Notes under the pieces: generated by a model
The model's input: only the letters and a program-made list of their open reading frames with translations
Database searches by the model: none
What the model was told of the DNA's origin: nothing
Position numbers and translations under genes: made by a program
Shown here: positions 1-10,314 of the stretch, in pieces
Position numbering within the stretch: position 1 is the first letter of the stretch
Layout: each line of letters begins with the position of its first letter
Origin: Candidatus Woesearchaeota archaeon
GTDB taxonomy: Archaea > Nanobdellota > Nanobdellia > Woesearchaeales > UBA9642
Assembly: GCA_013330595.1 (NCBI GenBank)
Contig: DUIB01000009.1
Span: 74 to 64,073 of the forward strand
DNA length: 64,000 nt
Direction of reading: 5' to 3'

Positions 1-1
1 A

Positions 2-814
2 AATGAAATAATAGTGGATGTTGGAAAAAGCAAGTCACAAGTATATAGGGCTGTCAGTTCACTGAAAAAGAAAGATGCAATAGGGGAAGGGAAAACGTTA
101 TTGCCTAAACACTCACACATATTATTATTAGTTAATATATTAAAGAAAAATTCTCGATTGGTGAATATCTTAAATGATTCGGCTATCGATTTCCTCGTAT
201 GCCTGGATAAGCCTAGAGCTGTTTCTGAAGTCTCGGGGCTTATTGGTGTAAAAAATATCACCTTATACAAAATAATAGAAAAATTGAGAAGATTCAACAT
301 ATTAAGAAAAGAGAATTCAAAATATTCGATAAACCCTTTGTTTAATGAATTTGTAGAACTTACTGAGAGTATGCATACATATAGCATGAATGTCGATGAA
401 AGAATCCCGCTCGGTTCAAGAATATATCTGAAGAATCAAAAAGAGATATTATTCTCCAATAAATCAATTTTAGATGCGTCAATTACAGCATTTTCTAGAT
501 ATAATGATTTTGGGATAACAGTGATTACTAAGGATACTTATTATTATATGCCAAAAAAAGTTTTAGGCATAAAAGAAATTTTCATTCATTCATTATATGT
601 TGCAGAGAAAGAAAAAAGCTCAATCATTTTAGTGGCACTATTCTATTTAAGGAATAAACGGAAATTATCCGGAATAAGGCATTTTGTTCTTGATAGCCTA
701 AGAAAAATATTTAATGGAGAAAGAATTCCTGATTATCCTGTACTTGAAGAACTATTGATGAAGGCGAGGGAATATGATATCAACATTCGAGACATTAAAG
801 AAACTTTTCAATGA
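2..814 (+). CDS. HTH-containing partner/antitoxin of the downstream nucleotidyltransferase (5' end probably outside the window)
   Basis: Frame is open to the window edge; two wHTH-like segments; overlaps the NTase gene, a common archaeal pairing. Confidence 0.55.
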   Translation, partial: NEIIVDVGKSKSQVYRAVSSLKKKDAIGEGKTLLPKHSHILLLVNILKKNSRLVNILNDSAIDFLVCLDKPRAVSEVSGLIGVKNITLYKIIEKLRRFNILRKENSKYSINPLFNEFVELTESMHTYSMNVDERIPLGSRIYLKNQKEILFSNKSILDASITAFSRYNDFGITVITKDTYYYMPKKVLGIKEIFIHSLYVAEKEKSSIILVALFYLRNKRKLSGIRHFVLDSLRKIFNGERIPDYPVLEELLMKAREYDINIRDIKETFQ

Positions 815-1406
815 GATAGATGCTGTTCTTGATAAGAAAATAAAAATATATATTTTGGGTGGAGCAGCGATGATGTATCGTAATCTAAAGGATTCCACTA
901 AAGATATTGATGTAGTTATGGGTTCTGATGCTGACGTATTTGAAAAAGCGCTATTGAAGATTGGTTTTAGAAAGAAAAAGATCGGTCTGGAATATCAGAA
1001 GATGAACATTAGTTATATACTTGAGAGGGCGGATTTTAGGATTGATCTGTTTGAACATGCTGTCTGTTCAAAATTATTCTTATCTAAGAATATGATTCGG
1101 AGAAGTGAAAATACACTCGAATTACCGAAATTGTCAGTAAACATTTTAGCAAATGAGGATATATTCTTGTTCAAGACCATAACAGAAAGAGAAGGCGATA
1201 TGGTAGATTGTTCATCATTAGCGAAGGGTGGTATTGATTGGAAATATCTGCTCAAAGAGATAAGGTTTCAATGTGCCCATGGACAGGATATATGGATAAC
1301 ATGGATTGCTGAAAGAATAGATTTATTGGAAGAGAAAGGCGTGGACATTCCTATAATCAATCAACTCCATAAACTAGTTGAAGAATACTACAAGAAAAGA
1401 TTCTGA
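774..1406 (+). CDS. DUF6036-like nucleotidyltransferase (type IV TA-like toxin)
   Basis: LGGAAM...TKDIDVV Pol-beta NTase motif; FK...R..D C-terminal motif. Confidence 0.75.
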   Translation: MISTFETLKKLFNEIDAVLDKKIKIYILGGAAMMYRNLKDSTKDIDVVMGSDADVFEKALLKIGFRKKKIGLEYQKMNISYILERADFRIDLFEHAVCSKLFLSKNMIRRSENTLELPKLSVNILANEDIFLFKTITEREGDMVDCSSLAKGGIDWKYLLKEIRFQCAHGQDIWITWIAERIDLLEEKGVDIPIINQLHKLVEEYYKKRF

Positions 1407-1477
1407 GATAACTGTTGTCACTATCAGATGATTAAGAACCGTAAACTTTTTAAATTGGTTGTTCTTTGTTGTGTTTT

Positions 1478-3160
1478 ATGGTTAAATTGTTGGAGAAGAT
1501 TGTTGATAAAGTTAGTAGGGCTGGAATATATTTGTTTGCTGCGTTGCAATTAGCTTTGCCTATGAAGTCTTTTGCCGAGGATGTTTCTTTGTCTGGCAGG
1601 GTTGTTAATTCTCAAGGTGTTGGACAAGCTAATAAGAATGTTGTTTTGTTTTTGAATAATAATGATAAGAAGCTTAGTGGTGTTACTGGTGTTGATGGTG
1701 TTTATGTTATCCCTTTTACTCCTTCTGGTATTAGGCACGAATATTTTTTGCCTGAAGGATATTCTGTTTCTAATAATTATCCTAATCCTTTTAATCCTTC
1801 TACTAATGTTAATATTACTCTTCCTGAACGTTCTAGGGTTGAGATGAAGGTTTATGATATGTTGGCTCAGGAGCTTGGTGTTATTGTTGATGAGGAATTG
1901 TCTGCGGGTGTGCATTATTTTCGTTTGGATTTAGAGCATTTGATTAATGGCAGAGATATTGCTGAGGGTGTGTATTTTGTTAGGACTGTGATTGATGAGC
2001 AGTATGTTAAGGTGAATAAATTATTATTTTTAAGAAATAGTCAGCATGCTAGAGCATTCAGTGAAGTTTCTAGTAATGGTTCTTCTAGTAATTCTTTTGG
2101 TAAAACATCAATAGAGGATATTGTTGATTCTTTGCAGGTGTCTGGCCGTTCTATTCTTCCAAGATCTAAAACTCTTGGAACTGTTATTTCTGGTAATACT
2201 GATTTGGGTGATGTGGTTGTTGATTCTGCTTTTAACGTCGATGGTCGATTGATTTCTACTATTAGGTATGATCAGCCTAATAATCATCTGCCTAATCTTA
2301 CGGTGATTATTGATGGATATAGTGCATTGACTGATTCTCTTGGCATGTTTTCTGTTCAGGTTCCTGTTGATAGTCATGTTGTTGAGCCATGGTTTAACCC
2401 TTGGGATCGTAAGATGGATATTGTTGATCCAAGTATTTGGACTAGAAAAAAACTTATCTACATAAGAGGTGACACAACCGATGTTATTGAAGACGTATTA
2501 ACACGAGATGAATTCCCGGATAGTGTGATGAATTTCTTGAATAAAATATCAGATAGGCAATATAATGGTTTGTATAATGTTATTATTCGTTTTGTTGATA
2601 AGCCGATTTTTTATATTGTTGCTGATACAAGTATTGCTTGGGATAAAGAATTTTATAATATTTGGAGTAATTTTATTAAGGGAGTAATGAATAATGTTAC
2701 TAAGAGCAGAAAGTATCCTAATGGTTTTTTGGAAAATGTTATTGTTAAGACTGGTCTTAATCCTCCTGCTGATTGGACTCCTGGTTATTATGTTATTGAT
2801 ACTAGCTGGACTTATGGTAATGCTGTTTTGGCAACAAGTATATTTACTGTTCATCCTGATGGTCAGCCTTATATTCCTGTTTATGCTAGGACTATTGTTG
2901 GTATGTATCCTACTCCTATGGAATTTTGGTATATGAAAAAAGCTTTGGGTCATGAGATAGGTTCTGGCCTGGTGTATATGCCTACCAGGTCTAATGATTT
3001 GATGAGTTGGTATAATCTTGGTAATCCTAATTATCCTGATATTACCAATCCTACTAAGACTGATACTTTGATGCTTCGTTATATTTTTTCTAGAGATATC
3101 GGTGTTGATTATCCTGATCTTGATTGGGATAGAAAGCGTTATGAGTTATATTATCCTTAG
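1478..3160 (+). CDS. Secreted protein, paralog 1: T9SS type A sorting-like domain, beta-sandwich and degenerate zincin-like C-terminus
   Basis: Signal peptide ending in SFA; NYPNPFNPST...VYDMLAQE...GVYF motif; GHEIGSGL; ATG about 25 nt after TTTTTAAA. Confidence 0.7.
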   Translation: MVKLLEKIVDKVSRAGIYLFAALQLALPMKSFAEDVSLSGRVVNSQGVGQANKNVVLFLNNNDKKLSGVTGVDGVYVIPFTPSGIRHEYFLPEGYSVSNNYPNPFNPSTNVNITLPERSRVEMKVYDMLAQELGVIVDEELSAGVHYFRLDLEHLINGRDIAEGVYFVRTVIDEQYVKVNKLLFLRNSQHARAFSEVSSNGSSSNSFGKTSIEDIVDSLQVSGRSILPRSKTLGTVISGNTDLGDVVVDSAFNVDGRLISTIRYDQPNNHLPNLTVIIDGYSALTDSLGMFSVQVPVDSHVVEPWFNPWDRKMDIVDPSIWTRKKLIYIRGDTTDVIEDVLTRDEFPDSVMNFLNKISDRQYNGLYNVIIRFVDKPIFYIVADTSIAWDKEFYNIWSNFIKGVMNNVTKSRKYPNGFLENVIVKTGLNPPADWTPGYYVIDTSWTYGNAVLATSIFTVHPDGQPYIPVYARTIVGMYPTPMEFWYMKKALGHEIGSGLVYMPTRSNDLMSWYNLGNPNYPDITNPTKTDTLMLRYIFSRDIGVDYPDLDWDRKRYELYYP

Positions 3161-3173
3161 TGTTACCCTTTTT

Positions 3174-3222
3174 TAATGGTTAAATTTTTAAATTGTTTTG
3201 TTTTTGTGTTTTTTATGGGTAA
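3174..3222 (+). repeat. Duplicated promoter/start region of the paralogs (second copy about 4906-4955)
   Basis: taatggttaaatttttaaattgttttgtttttgtgtttttt(t)atgggtaa occurs twice. Confidence 0.85.
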
Positions 3223-4888
3223 GTTTAATGCTGTTGTTTATTCGTTGAAGAAGTTTGCTGTTGGCGTTTATGCTACGTTGCAATTAGCTTTGCCTATAAA
3301 GTCTTTTGCTGGTGATGTTTCTTTGTCTGGCAGGGTTGTTAATGATCAGGGTGTTGGGCAGGCTAATAAGAATGTTGTTTTGTTTTTGAATAATAATGAG
3401 AAGAAACTTAATGGCGTGACTGGTGCTGATGGTGTTTATGTTATTCCTTTTACTCCTTCTGGTGTTAGGCATGAGCATTTTTTGCCTGAAGGATATTCTG
3501 TTTCTAATAATTATCCTAATCCTTTTAATCCCGCTACTAATGTTAATGTTACTGTTCCTAAAAGATCTAGTGTGCAGATGAAGGTTTATAGTTTATTAGG
3601 TGAGGAGTTGGGTATTGTTATTGATAAGGATTTTGATGCTGGTGTTCATGGTGTGAATGTTGATTTGGAGCATTTTAATGTTGCTCAGGGTGTATATTTT
3701 GCTCGTACAGTGATTGATGAGCAGTATGTTAAGGTGAGTAAATTATTATTTTTAAGAAATAGTCAGCATGCTAGAGCATTTAGTAATGATATTGTTTCTA
3801 GTGGTGCTTCTGGTTCTTTTGGTAAAACATCAATAGAGGATATAATTGATTCAATGTATGTTAATGGTCGTTCAATCCTACCAACATCTAAGTTTCTCGG
3901 CGTGATTATTTCTGGTAATACTGATCTCGGTAGTATTGTTGTTGATTCTGCTTTTAACGTCGATGGTCGATTGATTTCTACTATTAGGTATGATCAGCCT
4001 AATAATCATCTGCCTAATCTTACGGTGATTATTGATGGATATAGTGCATTGACTGATTCTCTTGGCATGTTTTCTGTTCAGGTGCCTGTTGATAGCCATG
4101 CTGTTGCTCCGTTTTATGGTATGAGTCCTTGGCATCGTAAGATGGACATTGTTGATCCAAGCATCTGGACAAGAAAGAAACATCTATATGTCCGTGGAGA
4201 CACCACTGATGTAATTGAGGATGTATTGACAAAAGAAGATTTTCCTGATAGTGTGATGAACTTTATGAATTATATATCTAATAGAAATGGAACAGGGGGA
4301 TATGATGTTCTTAAGAGATTTATTGATAAGCCTTCTTTTTATGTTGTTGCTGATACAAGTATTGCTTGGGATAAGGAGTTTTATGATATTTGGGGTGGTT
4401 TTATTAAGGGTAAGTTGAATGATGTTTTGACAGGCAGATTATTCCCTGAAGGTTTCTTAAAAGATGTTATTATAAATTCAGGCACTAATCCTCCTATTCA
4501 ATGTGATGAAAATAATGCTGTTTATACTATTACTCCTGATGCTGCGTATGGTAATGCTGTTTTGGCGACTAGTCCTTGTGCTCGAGGCCCCCCCCCGATG
4601 ATTATATCGTGTATTACTAAGGTTGGAATGTATCCCACTCCTATGGATTTTGATTATATGAAGAGAGCTTTGGGTCATGAGTTGGCTTCTGGCTTGGTGT
4701 ATATGCCTAATAGGTCTAATGCTTTAATGAGTTGGTATAATCTTGGTAATCCGTTGAATCCTGATCCAACTAATCCTACTCAGACTGATTTGCTTATCTT
4801 GCGTTATGTGTTTTCAAGACCTACAGGAATGGATTTTCCTGATGTTGATTGGGAGCGTTCTCCTAAGAATCCTATCAGTGTCCCATAG
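3215..4888 (+). CDS. Secreted protein, paralog 2 (same architecture)
   Basis: NYPNPFNPAT, GHELASGL; long nucleotide-identical blocks shared with paralog 1. Confidence 0.7.
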   Translation: MGKFNAVVYSLKKFAVGVYATLQLALPIKSFAGDVSLSGRVVNDQGVGQANKNVVLFLNNNEKKLNGVTGADGVYVIPFTPSGVRHEHFLPEGYSVSNNYPNPFNPATNVNVTVPKRSSVQMKVYSLLGEELGIVIDKDFDAGVHGVNVDLEHFNVAQGVYFARTVIDEQYVKVSKLLFLRNSQHARAFSNDIVSSGASGSFGKTSIEDIIDSMYVNGRSILPTSKFLGVIISGNTDLGSIVVDSAFNVDGRLISTIRYDQPNNHLPNLTVIIDGYSALTDSLGMFSVQVPVDSHAVAPFYGMSPWHRKMDIVDPSIWTRKKHLYVRGDTTDVIEDVLTKEDFPDSVMNFMNYISNRNGTGGYDVLKRFIDKPSFYVVADTSIAWDKEFYDIWGGFIKGKLNDVLTGRLFPEGFLKDVIINSGTNPPIQCDENNAVYTITPDAAYGNAVLATSPCARGPPPMIISCITKVGMYPTPMDFDYMKRALGHELASGLVYMPNRSNALMSWYNLGNPLNPDPTNPTQTDLLILRYVFSRPTGMDFPDVDWERSPKNPISVP

Positions 4889-4947
4889 TTTCTTTTATTA
4901 CTTTGTAATGGTTAAATTTTTAAATTGTTTTGTTTTTGTGTTTTTTT

Positions 4948-6606
4948 ATGGGTAATTTGTTAGATGATTTTGTTTATTCGTTGAAGAAGGTTGCTGTTGT
5001 TGCGTATACGGCGTCGCAGTTGGCTTTTCCTGTTTTTGCTGGTGATGTTTCTTTATCTGGCAGGGTTGTTAATTCTCATGGTGTTGGTTTGTCTAATAAG
5101 AATGTTGTTTTGTTTTTGAATAATAATGAGAAAAAGTTGAATGGCGTGACTAATGCTGATGGTGTTTATGTTATCCCTTTTACTCCTTCTGACGTTAGGC
5201 ACGAATATTTTTTGCCTGAAGGATATTCTGTTTCTAATAATTATCCTAATCCTTTTAATCCTGCTACTAATGTTAATATTACTCTTCCTGAACGTTCTAG
5301 GGTTGAGATGAAGGTTTATGATATGTTGGCTCAAGAACTTGGCACTGTTGTTGATGGAGAGTATGATGCAGGTGTTCATGGTGTGAATGTTGATTTAGAA
5401 GATTTGGTTTCTAGTCCTTCTCAGGGTGTGTATATTTTAAAGACTGTTATTAATGATGCGTATGCTAATGCTAAGAAGATATTGTTTTTAAGAGATTCTC
5501 AACATGCTGGTAGTTTTAATTTTGGTGGTGTTTCTTCTAATAATTATTTTTCTAAGGTTTCTTTGCAGGATGTTGTTGATTCTATGCATGTTAATGGTAG
5601 GTCTATCCTGCCAACTTCAAAATCTCTTGGTGTGATTATTTCTGGTGATACTGATCTCGGTGATGTGGTTGTTGATTCAGCATTCAATGTTGATGGAAAG
5701 GTCATTTCTACTATTAGGTATGATCAGCCTAATAATCATCTGCCTAATCTTACGGTGATTATTGATGGTTATTCTGCTGTTAGTGATTCTCTTGGTAATT
5801 TCTCTGTTCAGGTGCCTGTTGATAGTGTTGTTCCTCCTCCTTTTTCTGGATTGTCTCCTTGGCATCGTAAGATGGATATTGTTGATGAGAGCATCTGGAC
5901 TAGAAAGAAACACATCTATATCGATGGTGATACATCTAATGTCATTGAAGATGTCTTGACAAAAGCAGACTTTCCAGATAGTGTAATGAACTTTTTGAAT
6001 GAATTATCGTGGAGAGATAAGGGAGGATTGTATGATGTGATTATGCGTTTTGTTGATAAGCCGATTTTTTATATTGTTGCTGATACTACTCAGGATTTTG
6101 GTAAGAATTTTTATAATCTTTTATCAACGTTTGTCAGAGGAACATTGAATGACCTTACAAAAAGTAAAAAATATCCTCTCGGGTTTTTAGAGAATGTTGT
6201 TATTGAGACCGGTGTTAATCCTCCTGCAGATGATACTCCTAGTTATTATGTTATTAAGACAAGTATGGATTATGGAAATGCTTCTGCACTTACTGGTTCA
6301 TTTTCTATTCATCCTGATGGTCAGCCTTATACGCCTGTTTATGCTAAAACCACTTTTGGTGTTTACCCTGAGCCTAGGTTGGATATTATTAAGAAGTTAT
6401 TGGCTCACGAGATTTTGTCTGGTTTGGTGTTTATGCCTACTAGGTCTAATGATTTGTTTAGTGTGTATAATACTGGTCCTTCTGGTAAGATTTTCGATAC
6501 TGATAGGTTGATGTGGAAGTATATTTTTTCTCGAGATAATGGTGTGGATTATCCTGATCTTGATTGGAGCAGGTCTCCGAAGAATCCGTGGATTGATAAT
6601 CCATGA
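4948..6606 (+). CDS. Secreted protein, paralog 3 (same architecture)
   Basis: NYPNPFNPAT, AHEILSGL; upstream region nearly identical to that of paralog 2. Confidence 0.7.
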   Translation: MGNLLDDFVYSLKKVAVVAYTASQLAFPVFAGDVSLSGRVVNSHGVGLSNKNVVLFLNNNEKKLNGVTNADGVYVIPFTPSDVRHEYFLPEGYSVSNNYPNPFNPATNVNITLPERSRVEMKVYDMLAQELGTVVDGEYDAGVHGVNVDLEDLVSSPSQGVYILKTVINDAYANAKKILFLRDSQHAGSFNFGGVSSNNYFSKVSLQDVVDSMHVNGRSILPTSKSLGVIISGDTDLGDVVVDSAFNVDGKVISTIRYDQPNNHLPNLTVIIDGYSAVSDSLGNFSVQVPVDSVVPPPFSGLSPWHRKMDIVDESIWTRKKHIYIDGDTSNVIEDVLTKADFPDSVMNFLNELSWRDKGGLYDVIMRFVDKPIFYIVADTTQDFGKNFYNLLSTFVRGTLNDLTKSKKYPLGFLENVVIETGVNPPADDTPSYYVIKTSMDYGNASALTGSFSIHPDGQPYTPVYAKTTFGVYPEPRLDIIKKLLAHEILSGLVFMPTRSNDLFSVYNTGPSGKIFDTDRLMWKYIFSRDNGVDYPDLDWSRSPKNPWIDNP

Positions 6607-6798
6607 TTATATAATTCAAGTTTTTTTCTTAATAATAAATATTTTTATTAAGATTTTTGTTATCTTATCATCAATTGTGCATTATCGAGGAGAAATACTT
6701 TTGGGATAACATTAGTGTTCTTTATAACGAAAGCTTTATATATTAATTGTATTTCCTATAATACAAAATTAGTACTTTTTGTTCAGTTGGAGATACAA

Positions 6799-8064
6799 AT
6801 GGATTACAAAGCGATTATTGTCCAATGGATGGAGTTTAAGATTCCTGAAGTTATGCATAGGGATATAAATATTGTTTTGGATAAGGGTTTTATAATAACA
6901 ATCACTGGCCCAAGGAGATCCGGAAAAACGTATATGTGCTTTCAATTAATGCATTCACTGTCAAGGAAAAATCTGTTATATCTAAATTTTGAGGACAATA
7001 AACTGTTAAATGCTGGCGCAGATGATCTTGATAAATTGCTGGAATCATTTTATGAACTTTCTGATGTCAATAAGGATTCCAGGATATGCCTATTTCTAGA
7101 TGAGATACAGAATGTTAGGGATTGGGATGCATGGACGCGGAAGATGCATGATTATAATAAAAACATCCAACTGATAATTACTGGATCCAGCTCTAAGATG
7201 CTGAGTAGGGAGTTATCCACAAAACTTAGAGGACGCACTCTTGAGCATGAAATATTCCCATTGAGTTTTAAGGAGTTTCTTGAATGGAGAAATATTTCCT
7301 ATAATATGAAGACATTAAGCTATAGTAGAGATAAGATAGGCGTAAAGAAAGCTTTCAGTGAATATATGAAAAATGGCGGTTATCCAGCACTTATAAGTTT
7401 CGATGATAGAAAGACTGTTTTGCAATCATACTATGATACAATGATACTTAAGGATGTTGTTGAGAGGCATAATGTCTCTGATGTAAATAAATTAAGGCTA
7501 GTTGCCAATCTTCTTATTGAGTCTGCATCCAGAGAGATATCCTATAATAAGTTGGCCAATAAGCTGAAATCTATTGGCGTAAGCATGAGCAAGAATACAA
7601 TAATAGAATATATCTCCTACATGGAAGAATGCTATCTTGTTTTCCAGAACCTAAAATATGAATATTCCTTAACCAAACAGCTAGGGGCAATAAAGAAACT
7701 GTATGTTATAGATACAGGATTGCTTAATGCAATAAGCTTCAAGTATTCAGAGGATAATGGTAAATTATTGGAGAATATTATTTACATACAATTGAGAAGG
7801 CAAAGCAGGGAAATTTATTATCATTCTGGAAAGAATGAATGTGATTTCATAATTAAAGATGGCAACAGGATTATTTCTGCAATTCAGGCATGCTATGAAT
7901 TGAATGATGATAATAGGGATAGAGAGGTCAAGGGATTGCTTGAAGCTATGAGTGAGCATAAATTGAGAGAGGGATTGATAATTACACTGGATCAAGATGA
8001 TGAGTTTATTATTGATAAGAAAAAGATTAGGGTGGTTCCTGCTTGGAAGTGGCTGTTAGGCTGA
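6799..8064 (+). CDS. AAA+ ATPase (AAA_14 + DUF4143)
   Basis: GPRRSGKT Walker A, FLDEIQ Walker B, TGSSS, GGYP, ECDF, terminal WLL; GGAG before ATG 6799. Confidence 0.9.
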   Translation: MDYKAIIVQWMEFKIPEVMHRDINIVLDKGFIITITGPRRSGKTYMCFQLMHSLSRKNLLYLNFEDNKLLNAGADDLDKLLESFYELSDVNKDSRICLFLDEIQNVRDWDAWTRKMHDYNKNIQLIITGSSSKMLSRELSTKLRGRTLEHEIFPLSFKEFLEWRNISYNMKTLSYSRDKIGVKKAFSEYMKNGGYPALISFDDRKTVLQSYYDTMILKDVVERHNVSDVNKLRLVANLLIESASREISYNKLANKLKSIGVSMSKNTIIEYISYMEECYLVFQNLKYEYSLTKQLGAIKKLYVIDTGLLNAISFKYSEDNGKLLENIIYIQLRRQSREIYYHSGKNECDFIIKDGNRIISAIQACYELNDDNRDREVKGLLEAMSEHKLREGLIITLDQDDEFIIDKKKIRVVPAWKWLLG

Positions 8065-8219
8065 TTTTTGTTATTGTAAACTTTGTCATTTAATCATTCC
8101 TTGTAATAGTTTTTCATTAATAATCCTGCATTGATTTTTCCATAAATAATGAATAACAACTATCGTAGATGCAAAAAAACAACAACCTTTAAAAAACTGA
8201 TTTCTTACCTAAGTCCTGT

Positions 8220-9263
8220 ATGAAGAACACATTCAAGAATCTATTAACAATATTCTTCCTATTGATAGGAATAGCGGCAATGTATGTGATCTTGAAAAAT
8301 CATAGCCTTAAAGATATCTTCCAGATGTACAGTAATTTCAATGCATACATTCTGATATTATATATCATTGCTGTCGTTTCGATAATGGTTGTATTGACAT
8401 GGCGTTGGGATCTGATATTAAGATCAAGGAACATTAAGGTTCCATTCAAGAAATTATTAATATATAGGATAATCGGGACTAGCATCAATTTCCTTACTCC
8501 GGGGCCTAGAGTCGGTGGTGAGCCGACACAGGCATCATTGCTTACAAAACATAAAGTTGACTTTACAGAAGGATTAAGCACAATAATGATTGATAAGATC
8601 ATTGACACAACAACCTCTGGATTATTATTCATTATTGGAGTTGTCCTTGTTGGTTTGAAATACACTTTTCCGAGAAACACAGAGCTCGCATTGACTTTAG
8701 GAGGAGTGGTTTTTCTGGCAATTGTGACTTTGTTTTATTATAGGATGCTTACAAGCCAGCATTTCTTCCTGAAAATATTTCATTTTTTCAGATTAGACAA
8801 AATAAAGAATAAGTTCTGGAAAAAGCTAGAAAAAAGTATTGAAAAAATAGAATTGACAATGATTGATTTCTATAAGATGAACAAAAAGGCATTTGTCGTC
8901 TCATTACTAATCAGCATATTCACCTGGGTATTGATGTTTTTCGAATATAAATTTGCAACAATGCTTTTAGGATTGGATATTGGAGCTGTTGAGATATTCT
9001 TTATTGTTACATTCATCGGATTGGCAATATTATTCCCTATTCCCATGGCTGTTGGTGTGCTAGAGGCAGGACAAGTGTCTGCATTTGCATTGATAAGATT
9101 AAATGCATCAGCAGGAGTTGCATTAGCATTCTTAGTAAGGATGAAAGATATCATCTGGGCTTTAATAGGCCTTGTTTTGCTTGCAACTTACGGATTCCAT
9201 GTAGGAAAGGTTGTAAGGAAAAAATATGGGGATAAGAATCTTGACATAGGAGAAAATGGCTAG
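8220..9263 (+). CDS. Lysylphosphatidylglycerol synthase TM / flippase-like membrane protein (UPF0104)
   Basis: Multi-TM; RW, NFLTP...GGEP and P...GV.E motifs. Confidence 0.8.
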   Translation: MKNTFKNLLTIFFLLIGIAAMYVILKNHSLKDIFQMYSNFNAYILILYIIAVVSIMVVLTWRWDLILRSRNIKVPFKKLLIYRIIGTSINFLTPGPRVGGEPTQASLLTKHKVDFTEGLSTIMIDKIIDTTTSGLLFIIGVVLVGLKYTFPRNTELALTLGGVVFLAIVTLFYYRMLTSQHFFLKIFHFFRLDKIKNKFWKKLEKSIEKIELTMIDFYKMNKKAFVVSLLISIFTWVLMFFEYKFATMLLGLDIGAVEIFFIVTFIGLAILFPIPMAVGVLEAGQVSAFALIRLNASAGVALAFLVRMKDIIWALIGLVLLATYGFHVGKVVRKKYGDKNLDIGENG

Positions 9264-10314
9264 GATAATATATTCCATATGCGGAGAAGGCTTAGGGCAT
9301 GCATTCAGGAGTGCAGAGATAATATCTGAACTGAGAAAAAAGCATGATGTTCTCATTATTGCAGCAAGCTCGAGGATAGCTGATTATCTGAAAAAAAGAT
9401 TCAATAAAATTGAAACCTTTGAAGGATTAAGGCTTTCATATAAAGACAATAGCATTGATGATTACACAACATTAAGAAATTATATGAAATGGCTTCTTGA
9501 AAGCCCTAAAACAATAAGAAAATTATTCAAGATATTCAGAAAGTACAAGCCAGACTTATTGATAACAGACTTTGAGGGTGCAACAGCAGCAATAGCAAAC
9601 ATATCGAATATTCCTGTTGTATGCATATGCAATATCCATGCAATGACCAAGCTAAGATATAAATTACCTAAAAAATACAGATTGACAGGGGCAAAGATAA
9701 AGATTGTTGTAAACACAATATTCCCGAAAGCAGATTATCATTTGATAATAAGTTTTTTCAAAGAAAAGCCAAAAAATCATAATATATCATTATACGCTCC
9801 TGTAATAAGGAAAGAATTCCACGGTGTCAAGACAAAAAAAGCAAATTACATAGTGGTATATCAGACATCAGACACTCACTCAAGGCTTATACATTATTTG
9901 AAAAAAATAAATTATAATTTCATTGTTTATGGATTCAACAAGGAGAGTAAAGAAAATAATATTATATTCAGGAAATTCAGCTATGATCAGATGATAAAAG
10001 ACCTTGCAGAATGCAATGCATGTATTGCCAATGGCGGTTTTACTTTCATTACAGAAGCAATATATCTCCATAAACCTGTATTGTGTGTCCCGATAAAAGG
10101 ACAGTTTGAGCAGATACTGAATTCAATATATGTTAAGAAGCTAGGTTATGGAGAGATGTACGATCATATTGACAAAAAAAAGATAGAAAATTTTATCTCA
10201 AACTTAAAAAAATATGAGAAAAAGCTTCAACATGTCAAGAAAGAAAACAATTCAAAGTTGATGCATAAGGTCGAGGAAATAATAAAAAATGTCTCTAATA
10301 AAGGAAGGACTTAG
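9256..10314 (+). CDS. Glycosyltransferase (MJ1255-like, GT-B fold)
   Basis: GEGLGHA, ITDFE, NGGFTFITEA, P..GQFEQ..N. Confidence 0.85.
   Translation: MARIIYSICGEGLGHAFRSAEIISELRKKHDVLIIAASSRIADYLKKRFNKIETFEGLRLSYKDNSIDDYTTLRNYMKWLLESPKTIRKLFKIFRKYKPDLLITDFEGATAAIANISNIPVVCICNIHAMTKLRYKLPKKYRLTGAKIKIVVNTIFPKADYHLIISFFKEKPKNHNISLYAPVIRKEFHGVKTKKANYIVVYQTSDTHSRLIHYLKKINYNFIVYGFNKESKENNIIFRKFSYDQMIKDLAECNACIANGGFTFITEAIYLHKPVLCVPIKGQFEQILNSIYVKKLGYGEMYDHIDKKKIENFISNLKKYEKKLQHVKKENNSKLMHKVEEIIKNVSNKGRT

Noticed and set aside
1478..6606. Paralogs as remote DGR targets, given their A-depletion
   Set aside because: No match to the TR or the GAA hairpin was found, and differences between copies are not adenine-specific
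8085..8160. Possible additional orphan gene tail on the minus strand
   Set aside because: No parent gene identifiable in the window, so it cannot be supported
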